Below, piece after piece: positions 19,198-28,730 of a DNA stretch of 64,000 nt; the stretch's first letter is position 1; each line of letters begins with the position of its first letter. This DNA comes from an uncultured virus (IMG/VR IMGVR_UViG_3300025162_000048). Lineage: Duplodnaviria; Heunggongvirae; Uroviricota; Caudoviricetes. The notes beneath the pieces were generated by a model. It saw only the letters and a list, made by a program, of their open reading frames with translations. It was not told the origin of the DNA and did not search any database. The DNA is taken from IMG/VR virus record IMGVR_UViG_3300025162_000048; one strand, given 5' to 3'. A program made the position numbers and the translations under genes.

Positions 19198-21126
19198 TTA
19201 AGAAAGAATCTCAACTACCTCTTCTGGATTAAAACAAAGGGTCGTATTGATTGCGGCAGATTTTCCAAGAGGAACAATACAGTTTGTCACGGTACTTGGT
19301 GCTGTTGTGGTGATTGCTCCGGCGGTTGCGGCAGACAAGAAATACTGAACGCTAAGAGTTAAGCTTGTGAACAATGCAACGGGCAAGCCTTCCATCAACC
19401 AAATATTTCCAGGAGCGGTGGTTGCGATTGTTGCATCCATTACGATCCCAAGTTTTCCACTACAAGTTGAAAGAGCGTCTGCTTTAGCTAAATCGACATG
19501 GCCATTGCTTTTTACATAAACAATTTGTCCAACTGTAATTGTGCCAGCATTGTCATTCACCAAAGAAGCATAAGCTCCTGGTATATAAAGTTGGTTTGAA
19601 GCATTGGCTTTTACGGAGAGGTCATCAATTTTAACAGCAACGCCATTACTTGAAACATTGATTGCTTTGGCAAGATTTGCTCCACCTGTCGGATCAGCAA
19701 CAACGGCAACAGCATCACCTGAAGTCGAAATACCGTTACCAGCATTTACTTCAAGAGCGTTTGTTACTCCATTAAGGACAAGGCCCGCTCCGGCTGTATC
19801 AGCATTTAATTTAGCTGCGGTTACACTATTGGCTGCAAGCATTCCTGTAGCAATACCGAGTGCTTTTACTTTTAATTGACCACTTGTTGAGTCTCCCTCG
19901 ATGGAAGAATCATCAACCTTAATAGCCAACCCATTTGCGCCAACATTAGCGGCTTTGGCAAGATTTGCTCCGCCAGTAGCGTCAGGTTTGATTTTTACAA
20001 AGTCAGAGCCCGTTCCTCCTAATTCCAGTCCGTCGCCCACATTTACATCGAGCGCATTGGAAACTCCATTAAGGACAAGACCCGCTCCAGCAGTATCGGC
20101 ATTCAATTTAGCCGCAGAGACACCATTTGCAGCAATGGCAATATTTCCACTACCGTCAAAGTGCATCGATGTTCCGTCAACTTTAGCTTTTGCAATTCCT
20201 ATTCCTGTAACTTCAACGCCTTTATCGGAATCGAAAGTTACTTTTCCAAGGATTGCGCCACCACTGCCAGAAGTAGAGACTGGGATTACACCTTCCGACA
20301 TGGTGAACCATGCTCCAGTGCCACCGCTATAATCGGCATTCCAGTATTTAAGTTTATCTTCAGCTATTACATTATGGATTTCACCGTTTGTTAACCCAGC
20401 TTTGGCAATCGAAAAGCCAGACTGTGCATTCGCAGGTTCTGAATTCACAAGCGCAATAAGCACACTGGAACTGGTTGTATATTCCAAAAGTCCATGATAA
20501 TTGGTCACATCACCAGCAACGGTTCCTGTTACCCAAATTTTGAAAGCATTATCCGTATCAGACTTGCGGTAAATTCCAATTAAACCTGCTGCGTATAAAC
20601 TGGCGAGGACAGAAGTATCATAATAAGCTTTCCAATATACAGAATTGGTATTAATGGATGCGGATAAATTGCTCATGCTTATAGCAACAGTTCCGCCGAC
20701 TGCCACGTCAAAAGTGCCAGAAGGAGTGTCTTTAAAAGTATATGTTTCAGTGTTTCCTGCCGCATCTTTAAGAACAACGGTATCGGAATCAACAGCGTTT
20801 GTCGTGAAAAAAGTCACCAAGCCAGGAAGGATACCGAGAGTATTATCTAATTGAATTTCTGTTAAAAGGTTTTGTTTTACTGTTCCGCCAGAGACAACTT
20901 GTTGTGCAACGTAGGTTTTAACTTGTCCCCAACCAGCCGCACTTGTGTCTGCCGAAGCGTTAGAAATGTTGCTTAATTCTCTCGCACCGAAATCAAATTT
21001 ACCTGAAGTTTCTTTGATTTCCATTGCGTCAGAACCAATTTTAATACTTAAAAAGTCTATGGTTTCATTCGCAGTATTACGAATCTTTTTACCATTTTCG
21101 TAAACGTATATATTCCTAGCTGCCAT
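19198..21126 (-). CDS. fibre/decoration protein with internal repeats
   Basis: Duplicated AAKLNADTAGAGLVLNGV.NAL.VN.G and GGANLAKA units; C-terminal capsid-cement-like domain. Confidence 0.65.
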   Translation of the reverse strand: MAARNIYVYENGKKIRNTANETIDFLSIKIGSDAMEIKETSGKFDFGARELSNISNASADTSAAGWGQVKTYVAQQVVSGGTVKQNLLTEIQLDNTLGILPGLVTFFTTNAVDSDTVVLKDAAGNTETYTFKDTPSGTFDVAVGGTVAISMSNLSASINTNSVYWKAYYDTSVLASLYAAGLIGIYRKSDTDNAFKIWVTGTVAGDVTNYHGLLEYTTSSSVLIALVNSEPANAQSGFSIAKAGLTNGEIHNVIAEDKLKYWNADYSGGTGAWFTMSEGVIPVSTSGSGGAILGKVTFDSDKGVEVTGIGIAKAKVDGTSMHFDGSGNIAIAANGVSAAKLNADTAGAGLVLNGVSNALDVNVGDGLELGGTGSDFVKIKPDATGGANLAKAANVGANGLAIKVDDSSIEGDSTSGQLKVKALGIATGMLAANSVTAAKLNADTAGAGLVLNGVTNALEVNAGNGISTSGDAVAVVADPTGGANLAKAINVSSNGVAVKIDDLSVKANASNQLYIPGAYASLVNDNAGTITVGQIVYVKSNGHVDLAKADALSTCSGKLGIVMDATIATTAPGNIWLMEGLPVALFTSLTLSVQYFLSAATAGAITTTAPSTVTNCIVPLGKSAAINTTLCFNPEEVVEILS

Positions 21127-21128
21127 TA

Positions 21129-21335
21129 TTAATTCTCCTTAGAACTGAATTCGAATGAAACTCTAACCACCACTTCGACGTTAGGCTCAATCATGATTTT
21201 TTTTCTAACCTGCTCACTAAATTGTAACGATAAATCTGCTAATTCATTCTCCAAAGTAGGATGCGCTATAAAAAAATCATCCAAAGGGATTTTTTTCCTG
21301 CGAGACTTTTTAGCTTTTTGTTCTGCAATCATCAT
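21129..21335 (-). CDS. hypothetical protein
   Basis: 68 aa, coupled to both neighbours. Confidence 0.55.
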   Translation of the reverse strand: MMIAEQKAKKSRRKKIPLDDFFIAHPTLENELADLSLQFSEQVRKKIMIEPNVEVVVRVSFEFSSKEN

Positions 21336-22147
21336 ATCTCCTGCTCGATAATCATTTCCATATCCAGATCAACTGCGTTTGAAGATGCTATTCCCGATGG
21401 AGGTTCGGCTCGACCTATAAGTATTATACTCGTTGTTAAGTCTGTTATTTCGGTCAAAGTAAGCTCGCCTGGATTGTCTGGGTCGAGTAAAATACGATCA
21501 CCAGGTAAAGGATTTAATAAAGTCAAAGCTCCAGGTACATAGCCTCTTTTGATAATCCAAACGAAATCTCCGGTATTGCTGGACTGCAAAGTCAAACCGG
21601 CCACATCAGAAAGAGTATGTTGTCTTGCGTTGGCTTTTGAGACTGTACCGTCATCATTCCATGCGACAACTTTGTATTTCCCTATAGTTCCACCGCTTCC
21701 ATTTTTGACGTATTTATTGCCGTAAGGATCAAGAACTTTAAAACTATCACTATTTCTAGCATATTGGACTACATAATCTGCAAATAAATGAAGGGTAGGA
21801 GCGGCATGAAATGGCAGTCCTTTGTTATCTGTTACTCGGCAAATAAAACCTTGTGAACCGAGAACCTCATCAACAGGAACAATATCTGAACCATCATCCC
21901 ACAATAAATTAACATTGACATGAAAGCCATTTACTGAATTTATTTGAGTGACTTTATATCGATTAATAGTACCAGGAAAGGAAATACTGTTAAAACAATC
22001 TAAAAAAACCGCATCATTGACGGCAACATCAGAACCAGAAAAAAAGCCATTTCCGTCAAAAATATCGGCTTGTACTTGCCATGATGTTGAGTCCAATTGA
22101 GTAGAATTTTGTGGAATAAACCTGGCATTAAAATATAATTGTGTCAT
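21332..22147 (-). CDS. virion protein with capsid-cement-like C-terminal domain
   Basis: C-terminus resembles that of 19198..21126. Confidence 0.55.
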   Translation of the reverse strand: MTQLYFNARFIPQNSTQLDSTSWQVQADIFDGNGFFSGSDVAVNDAVFLDCFNSISFPGTINRYKVTQINSVNGFHVNVNLLWDDGSDIVPVDEVLGSQGFICRVTDNKGLPFHAAPTLHLFADYVVQYARNSDSFKVLDPYGNKYVKNGSGGTIGKYKVVAWNDDGTVSKANARQHTLSDVAGLTLQSSNTGDFVWIIKRGYVPGALTLLNPLPGDRILLDPDNPGELTLTEITDLTTSIILIGRAEPPSGIASSNAVDLDMEMIIEQEI

Positions 22148-22157
22148 GATTTTTCCT

Positions 22158-25100
22158 TTAAAAACTAAATGAAGCTTTGGCTTCTTGCGCTGCTGTATAT
22201 CCAGATAAGACGGTTTGAAACGTTGAGCCAGATACTAAAGTGAAAGTAGATGAGGTGGATGCTACGCCATAAGAAGAATTAAATCTGATTGCAAATGGAC
22301 GGCAAGCTTGGGATAAAGTTATTGCGCCATTAAGATCAGGACATGTCAATGCTACTGCGGTTCTTCCTGTCGTTTCTGCTGCGGTGAAAACAACATTAAC
22401 GCTGTGATAAATAACAGAGGTTGGTTTATTCACAATTACTGTGGACTGGCCAGAAGTGCTGAAGTCTTTTGTGGCTGTAATTGACGACAAGTCTGCTGTG
22501 GTTCCTGAAGCTTGAATAACAATATTTCCCGAATCGAAAACCAATAATTGAGTGTCATTTACAGCTCCACCACCACCAGTTGCATTTATGGTGACTGTCG
22601 TTGATGTATTGCTTAGGGTGACATTCGTTCCGGCCACAAGAGACTTAAATTCAAAGTTTCCTGTCGTGGCGTTTTTCTGAGCGAACAATCCAGTTCCTGA
22701 ACCAAGATTCGTTCCAGTAGCCGCCAGAGAGTAAGTGATAGTGTTTGAGTCAGAGGTAATGGATAAGCCGGAAGTAGTGCTGGCCACTAAAGATTTAAAC
22801 TGAAGAGTAACACCAGATTTGCTTACATAAATGCCTTGACCTGTTCCTAGATTGGTACCATCATTAACCTCTCCACTGCCTCCACCTGTTGCGTTGATGG
22901 TGACGGTTGTTGAAGTATTGCTCAGGGTAACGTTCGTTCCGGCCACAAGAGACTTAAATTCGAAATTTCCTGTCGTGGCGTTTTTCTGCGCAAACAATCC
23001 GGTTCCTGAACCAAGATTCGTTCCAGTAGCCGCCAGAGAGTAGGTGATAGTGTTCGCGTCAGAAGTAATGGCGAGTCCAGATGTCGTATCCGCTACCAAA
23101 GATTTGAATTGAAAAGTAACGCCGGACTTTCCAGTATAGATGCCCTGACCTGTCCCTAAATTGTTACCGTCATTTGCTTCTCCTCCAGCCCCTCCAGTCG
23201 CCGCAATGGTGATATCTGTCGAGGTTGCTGTTAAGGAGATATTGGTACCAGCCTTAAGAGATTTAAATTCGAAATTGCCTGAGCTGGAATTCTTTTGAGC
23301 GAATAACCCAGAACCAGACCCTAAATTTGTTCCCGTGGCTGCCAGTGAATAGGTCACCGAAGTTGAGTCTGATGTGATTGCCAGCCCAGAAGTTGTAAGA
23401 GCTTTTAGAGATTTAAATTGGAGATCGATACCAACTTTCGTATTGAAAAGTCCTGTCCCTGTTCCCAGATTAGAAGCTGTATTGGCTTCTCCACTTCCAC
23501 CACCACCGCCTGACGAATTAATCGTAACTGTATTTGAGTCTGAAGAGAGAGTGACGTTCGTTCCGGCCACAAGGGACTTAAATTGAAGATCCACCCCAAC
23601 CTTAGCAGCGAATAAGCCTGTTCCGCTACCACGATTGGAAGCAGTATTGGCTTCTCCACCTCCACCACCGGAAGCTGAGATTAAAAGGTCATTCGATTCT
23701 TGCAAAATTGTGACACCGGTTCCAGCCTTAAGTCTATAAAACTGAAGGTCATATCCGGTTTTCCATGCAAATAGACCAAAACCATCTAAGGAAGTACCGA
23801 CGTTAGAAGCCGTATTGTCTATCCCGCCAGACCCTCCTCCAGTGCCTCCAGTGCGTTCATCTCTTATCCGAATCTTCCAGCCAGCCTTGAGGGTATAGCT
23901 CCACTCTAATTGCGTGGTTGAATTCTTACGGAAATCCTCATTGAGTAAGCCTGCTTGGTCTTGAGTTTGAGGTAAGTCATTCACAAAAACTTGGATGTCA
24001 ACATTTGCGGCTGAACCTAATGGCGGTCCAATCCAAGAAAGAATGGAAGCGGTCACTGTTGTAGTGTCGGAACCAAGGACTATGATTTCTTCCTTGGCTG
24101 TGTCTGTGATGATTGAGTAAACAATATTGTCCAGCTTGCTAATCGCTACTGGATAACTATCACCTGCCGAAATAATATAAGTTGTGGAATAAGCCACATA
24201 TTGAGTTTCTGAAAGGATTCCCAATCTGGTTCGAATGGCAAGTGGTAGATCATGTCCGATTGTGTCTGTTTCGCCGGAATCCAAATCTGGGGCATCACCT
24301 ATTCCGGTTACAGTTCCTCCTCGACGGTGCCATAAGACTAAAATACGGTCTGAATAATTGGAGTCATTGGGATCGATTGGTACATTCCCAATGGCAATAT
24401 TTACTGGCGATAATGTTATGGTGCTACCAGTATCTGTCTCAGGTATATCAACATAAATACATTGGCCATCGGTAATGGTTATGTTGCCAGTTGGTATTTG
24501 ATAAAGCGAGTTTCTTCCTGCAATTTCAATATTAATTGGCGAATCCCATTCCAAAGTATTATTACCAGGAACAGATTCAAACGTAATATCTCCACCACCA
24601 GACATGAATAAGTTTTGATATTCTTTTAAAAGTTTAATCTTTGACCATGCGCGATCCAAATGCTGCCAGGAACGAGAACGCCACATGGGACCGTAATCTC
24701 GTAACCAAATAAAATCACCCGCACGTCTGGCTATCCAATAAAAGTCACAAGAAGTCGCGTTTTGATTTGCTGGCAAAACTTGAATATCACTGATGGAATA
24801 TTTGGAGCGGAAATACTTAAAAGGCTCATTTGCATAGGTATCTATTTTGCCTAGTGGGTTTAATCCAGTTACGTTTCCTTGTAATTTAAGAGTGACGACT
24901 GAATTATCCGCGACGATACCATCAATATTTCCTGATGGATATTGCGCAGTAGACGTAGCCATGTCCACAATTTTATAGTATTGGGAATAACCTTGCGACT
25001 CTTTTCTGACGTAATCACCAACTGCAACACCAGAAAAGTCACCAGCAACACCGGAAACAACATACTCCCAATTGTTGATAAAGTCAGGATAAGTTGTAGC

Positions 25101-26213
25101 TGGAATGGATGCTTTCCAAATGACATTATTGCCAGAATTTTTGGAAACTTCTCTTTCTAATAAAAGATAAGCATTACTCCCATCAGGAATTGAAAAATTA
25201 AATTGAACATCAGAATAAGACCGATTGGTTCCAGACTGAAATGTGTTTCCTAATTTCCAGACGATATTTGTATAATTTGCTTGCCATGTTGCTGGATTAC
25301 TGCCGATATTTCCTAAATTAGAGCCATCCCAATTATAGATAAAATTTTCATCAGGTTTAAGGGAGTGCCCAACGCTATCGAAGAATACAGAAGACAAGCT
25401 AAGGTTTCCAGTGTATGCCTGTGTAGAATTATTTGAATACCATACCGAAGCACCAGATATCTCACTGATTCTGGTACAAATTGCATCAAACATTTCTTTA
25501 AAGCTACGTATTCCTTTATCATTTAATACTCCAGTGTTGTCCCTCGATTGGAACGAGGATGTCGTATCATTTGCAATTCCACTTCCGGTCGTTACTGGCT
25601 CTCCTCGGTTATTACTCCAAGGGAATTTGTAACCTGGATTAGGTGCTGCTCCTCCTGTCCCTAACCGAAACAGTAAGGGGCGAGCATCGCTTATGGTTGG
25701 AACGGCTGATGATGAAGTCTGACATACACAGATTGGCACAGCATCAATAGAAAATCCAACCGTATTGGACACGATTTCGATTTGAATGATGTTTTGGCTG
25801 TTTTGTGTCGCAGTGAACTCAGCACCTTCCGTTGAGCCTGTAACCGAAAGAGGGTCCCAATAGCTGGCGGACACCGAAGCATTAGTAATGTTACTAAACC
25901 TAGCCTCAACATACACAAACGGTTGCGAAGGAGGAAGTTCAATCAACATATCGGATGCGTCAATTGCCCCCAAATAAAACGAACCGTTCGTGTCCAGCGG
26001 ATTGAACACAAAACAGTCTGCCAATGAGATGGAAAGAAACAATCCAGTTTTGCCGGTAACTTCAAATCCTCTAGCAATGTAAGGCCGAGAAGACCCCACA
26101 AAAGCTTCAATCAAGGCTCGAAAATCATAGGCAGTGTAAGATTCAATCCCTAAAAATTGCGGCAAATCCATTCGCTGTTGACTGGTAATGTGAACTCGCG
26201 CTAAAACGGCCAT
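22158..26213 (-). CDS. baseplate-attached proximal fibre protein
   Basis: Follows wedge genes; eight ~50-aa N.G.G.G.F/Y..K....F/L.FKSL.A repeats in C-terminal third. Confidence 0.7.
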   Translation of the reverse strand: MAVLARVHITSQQRMDLPQFLGIESYTAYDFRALIEAFVGSSRPYIARGFEVTGKTGLFLSISLADCFVFNPLDTNGSFYLGAIDASDMLIELPPSQPFVYVEARFSNITNASVSASYWDPLSVTGSTEGAEFTATQNSQNIIQIEIVSNTVGFSIDAVPICVCQTSSSAVPTISDARPLLFRLGTGGAAPNPGYKFPWSNNRGEPVTTGSGIANDTTSSFQSRDNTGVLNDKGIRSFKEMFDAICTRISEISGASVWYSNNSTQAYTGNLSLSSVFFDSVGHSLKPDENFIYNWDGSNLGNIGSNPATWQANYTNIVWKLGNTFQSGTNRSYSDVQFNFSIPDGSNAYLLLEREVSKNSGNNVIWKASIPATTYPDFINNWEYVVSGVAGDFSGVAVGDYVRKESQGYSQYYKIVDMATSTAQYPSGNIDGIVADNSVVTLKLQGNVTGLNPLGKIDTYANEPFKYFRSKYSISDIQVLPANQNATSCDFYWIARRAGDFIWLRDYGPMWRSRSWQHLDRAWSKIKLLKEYQNLFMSGGGDITFESVPGNNTLEWDSPINIEIAGRNSLYQIPTGNITITDGQCIYVDIPETDTGSTITLSPVNIAIGNVPIDPNDSNYSDRILVLWHRRGGTVTGIGDAPDLDSGETDTIGHDLPLAIRTRLGILSETQYVAYSTTYIISAGDSYPVAISKLDNIVYSIITDTAKEEIIVLGSDTTTVTASILSWIGPPLGSAANVDIQVFVNDLPQTQDQAGLLNEDFRKNSTTQLEWSYTLKAGWKIRIRDERTGGTGGGSGGIDNTASNVGTSLDGFGLFAWKTGYDLQFYRLKAGTGVTILQESNDLLISASGGGGGEANTASNRGSGTGLFAAKVGVDLQFKSLVAGTNVTLSSDSNTVTINSSGGGGGSGEANTASNLGTGTGLFNTKVGIDLQFKSLKALTTSGLAITSDSTSVTYSLAATGTNLGSGSGLFAQKNSSSGNFEFKSLKAGTNISLTATSTDITIAATGGAGGEANDGNNLGTGQGIYTGKSGVTFQFKSLVADTTSGLAITSDANTITYSLAATGTNLGSGTGLFAQKNATTGNFEFKSLVAGTNVTLSNTSTTVTINATGGGSGEVNDGTNLGTGQGIYVSKSGVTLQFKSLVASTTSGLSITSDSNTITYSLAATGTNLGSGTGLFAQKNATTGNFEFKSLVAGTNVTLSNTSTTVTINATGGGGAVNDTQLLVFDSGNIVIQASGTTADLSSITATKDFSTSGQSTVIVNKPTSVIYHSVNVVFTAAETTGRTAVALTCPDLNGAITLSQACRPFAIRFNSSYGVASTSSTFTLVSGSTFQTVLSGYTAAQEAKASFSF
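22567..23823 (-). repeat. eight ~50-codon repeats; last six form three A-B pairs (about 309-bp period)
   Basis: Seen in translation and DNA (cggccacaagagacttaaattc at 22631 and 22940). Confidence 0.8.
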
Positions 26214-26267
26214 AAATTTAATTTCCTATTTTAAAAGTCTGCTCTAATAATACCAAATCACACAATG

Positions 26268-28727
26268 TTAAGCGTAGGGGAATAGGCTTGGATCAACGAA
26301 CAATAACGGAGGATAATTCACTTCGGTATTGACAAAGACACCTGCGGCCACGATTTGAGTAACTAAAGTAAAGAAAAAGTCTCGTGCAGCCGTGGTTCCA
26401 GTGACATAAAATGGATACTGGCTACCATCAATACTTAAAGATGGAGCTGATGTGTCCCTTACGATTTGAACTTGTGCATTTAAAATATGCTCTTTTGTGA
26501 AGACATAACTTGGATCGAGAATAATTTGCCCTGTCGCTAAATTAATATATTTGACTGGACCTTCTTCATTGTCTGTTCCATAGTCAAAAATTAAATAACC
26601 AGATAAAGGAAAATCTAAAGAACTTTCAACATCAATGGAAAGCAGATTATCGCCTTTAAAAATATGGGTCTTTAAGGCTGAAAGTATATCTCCTACTACA
26701 AACCTAGTCGTAGTGCCTCCAGTATCGTATATATAAGCACCCACATAATTCGGATTGGTTGAAGGACTTGTCTGCTGAAATGTACAAATCAAATTAGTAA
26801 AGATTCTTTGATTCGTTGCTGTTGTCAAATCAACATAGCTCGTACCATTATTTCCACCAAACCATCCACTTCTTATCCCTGAAACTGTATCTAATACCTT
26901 GCCGTTCGTGCCTGTTCCTTGTCCACTCCGAAAATAAACATGAAGATCATCTTGCATGACTACCTGACATTTTCTACTAGAAAGTCCAGTTCCAATAGAT
27001 TCTTTACCAGGAATTAAATCACCGCCATCAAATAAAATACGAAAAGTCATATCATCTTCAAAACCAGCAGCAGCTTTAGAAATGTCATCAGGAAATAAGA
27101 GATAAAAGTCATATCCTTGTGTGTTGGGGAGAGCTTGATAAACATCAGCATTTCCATTCCAAGGAATACCAGGAAAGTAGGTTCTTCCATGATCAATTGT
27201 GAAGTAAACTGTCGAAGCGGATATTATTTTTTTACAATATTGTTCAGTGTTGATTAATGAACTATCAACAATTCCCGTAGTATCAATATTCGACAAAGTA
27301 AATCCGAAACCATGCTGAAACCCATGAAAAAAACCAAAATCAACTATTATGTCTGAACTCTGAATTTCACCATAGAGAGGGTCAGCACGTCCAAATAAAA
27401 CGGGAGTAGTGTTAGGCAAAACAGAAATATCTGGAGAAATACTATCCACTAAGAAATGGGCATTAAGTCCAACAACAGAAACAGACTGAGTGTGATAATA
27501 AGGCTGTGAATAATCTGCCCGTAAATGCTCACCGGAAAGAGTAAATTTATTATCCTCTACAGGTAAACTTTCCATAGTCTTTGTATTAACAACAATTTCA
27601 TTGCGATTAAAAGATATGACTGGAGATTGCCAACCATGAATAAAAGCGCCACCTTTCAATTTACGCTTGACGACAGACGGTACGGCAGAGACAAATAAAG
27701 AATATTCAGATCCTGTCGCTTCATTTGCCAAACAGTATTCTTTGTTTTGAATGATTGTTGATTTTTTATCCAGAGTGAAAACGATAGCATTATTTGAATT
27801 TTCAACTAATGTTGCAATGCCAACTTGGTATCTTTCACTACGAATTATAAAATAATCATAGCCGCACTCTTCGACGACAAAGGTTCCATTAAATACCTCA
27901 AAGGGAGCGTCTTGACCTCTTATTGTTACAAAATCACCTTTATTGACTAAATAAACTCTTGGATTTGTTCCATTTCCATCCCATGTAAAAGTCGTTATGT
28001 CAGTCCATAAAACCTGATTTTTCTTTTCTACTATCCATGTCGTACCAGCACTATTCAAAGTAGAAACAAGACTTGGAAACTTTAAAACGTTTTGCGCAGT
28101 TCCACCCATAATCTGAACATAGGCACCCGCACCATAGGTTTTTGAAGTAAGCCTCACATAGGTTTTTGAAGTTTCCCGTTCATAACTTGTATCCGCAAAC
28201 ACATCTGATTGTGCCGCATTAATAATTCCAGCGTATTCCGTTGCTTTAACATTATTCAAATCAGCAACTTGACCAGCATAAATACCGATGGATAACGTTC
28301 CTTTGTCTGTTTGTATTAAAAGAGTATCTTTATCTGCAAAAGAAAAAGGTTCAGCTGTTGTGGAAATTATGGAAGGGGAAACCAAAGATTTATCATAAAA
28401 TATTCCCATCAATCTGACAATGGTATCTGAAATCTGCTTTGGATAAGAAACTACAGCAGGCACAATGGCACGGAATGCATCAACACCTAATCCGCTTTGT
28501 TGAGGAACCGTAAATCCCTCTTGCGCACCCAACCGAATCAAATACCTTCCGCTCGCAGTTGTTAAAAATAACTGACGAAACGCTTCCAGTGCCATAGACT
28601 GAAAAGTTAAACTTTCATTATCGATGGCTGTATAAATCGCAGGAAGTAATAATTTTTTCCCAGTCACAGGATCAGTAAGTCCGATCCTAAAATGGGCAGG
28701 AAGGAAATCTATTATTTGTGTAGCCAT
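26268..28727 (-). CDS. baseplate wedge protein (gpI-like position)
   Basis: Directly downstream of baseplate J; QLFLTTASGRYLIRLG and C-terminal QIVAAGV. Confidence 0.6.
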   Translation of the reverse strand: MATQIIDFLPAHFRIGLTDPVTGKKLLLPAIYTAIDNESLTFQSMALEAFRQLFLTTASGRYLIRLGAQEGFTVPQQSGLGVDAFRAIVPAVVSYPKQISDTIVRLMGIFYDKSLVSPSIISTTAEPFSFADKDTLLIQTDKGTLSIGIYAGQVADLNNVKATEYAGIINAAQSDVFADTSYERETSKTYVRLTSKTYGAGAYVQIMGGTAQNVLKFPSLVSTLNSAGTTWIVEKKNQVLWTDITTFTWDGNGTNPRVYLVNKGDFVTIRGQDAPFEVFNGTFVVEECGYDYFIIRSERYQVGIATLVENSNNAIVFTLDKKSTIIQNKEYCLANEATGSEYSLFVSAVPSVVKRKLKGGAFIHGWQSPVISFNRNEIVVNTKTMESLPVEDNKFTLSGEHLRADYSQPYYHTQSVSVVGLNAHFLVDSISPDISVLPNTTPVLFGRADPLYGEIQSSDIIVDFGFFHGFQHGFGFTLSNIDTTGIVDSSLINTEQYCKKIISASTVYFTIDHGRTYFPGIPWNGNADVYQALPNTQGYDFYLLFPDDISKAAAGFEDDMTFRILFDGGDLIPGKESIGTGLSSRKCQVVMQDDLHVYFRSGQGTGTNGKVLDTVSGIRSGWFGGNNGTSYVDLTTATNQRIFTNLICTFQQTSPSTNPNYVGAYIYDTGGTTTRFVVGDILSALKTHIFKGDNLLSIDVESSLDFPLSGYLIFDYGTDNEEGPVKYINLATGQIILDPSYVFTKEHILNAQVQIVRDTSAPSLSIDGSQYPFYVTGTTAARDFFFTLVTQIVAAGVFVNTEVNYPPLLFVDPSLFPYA

Positions 28728-28730
28728 TTT

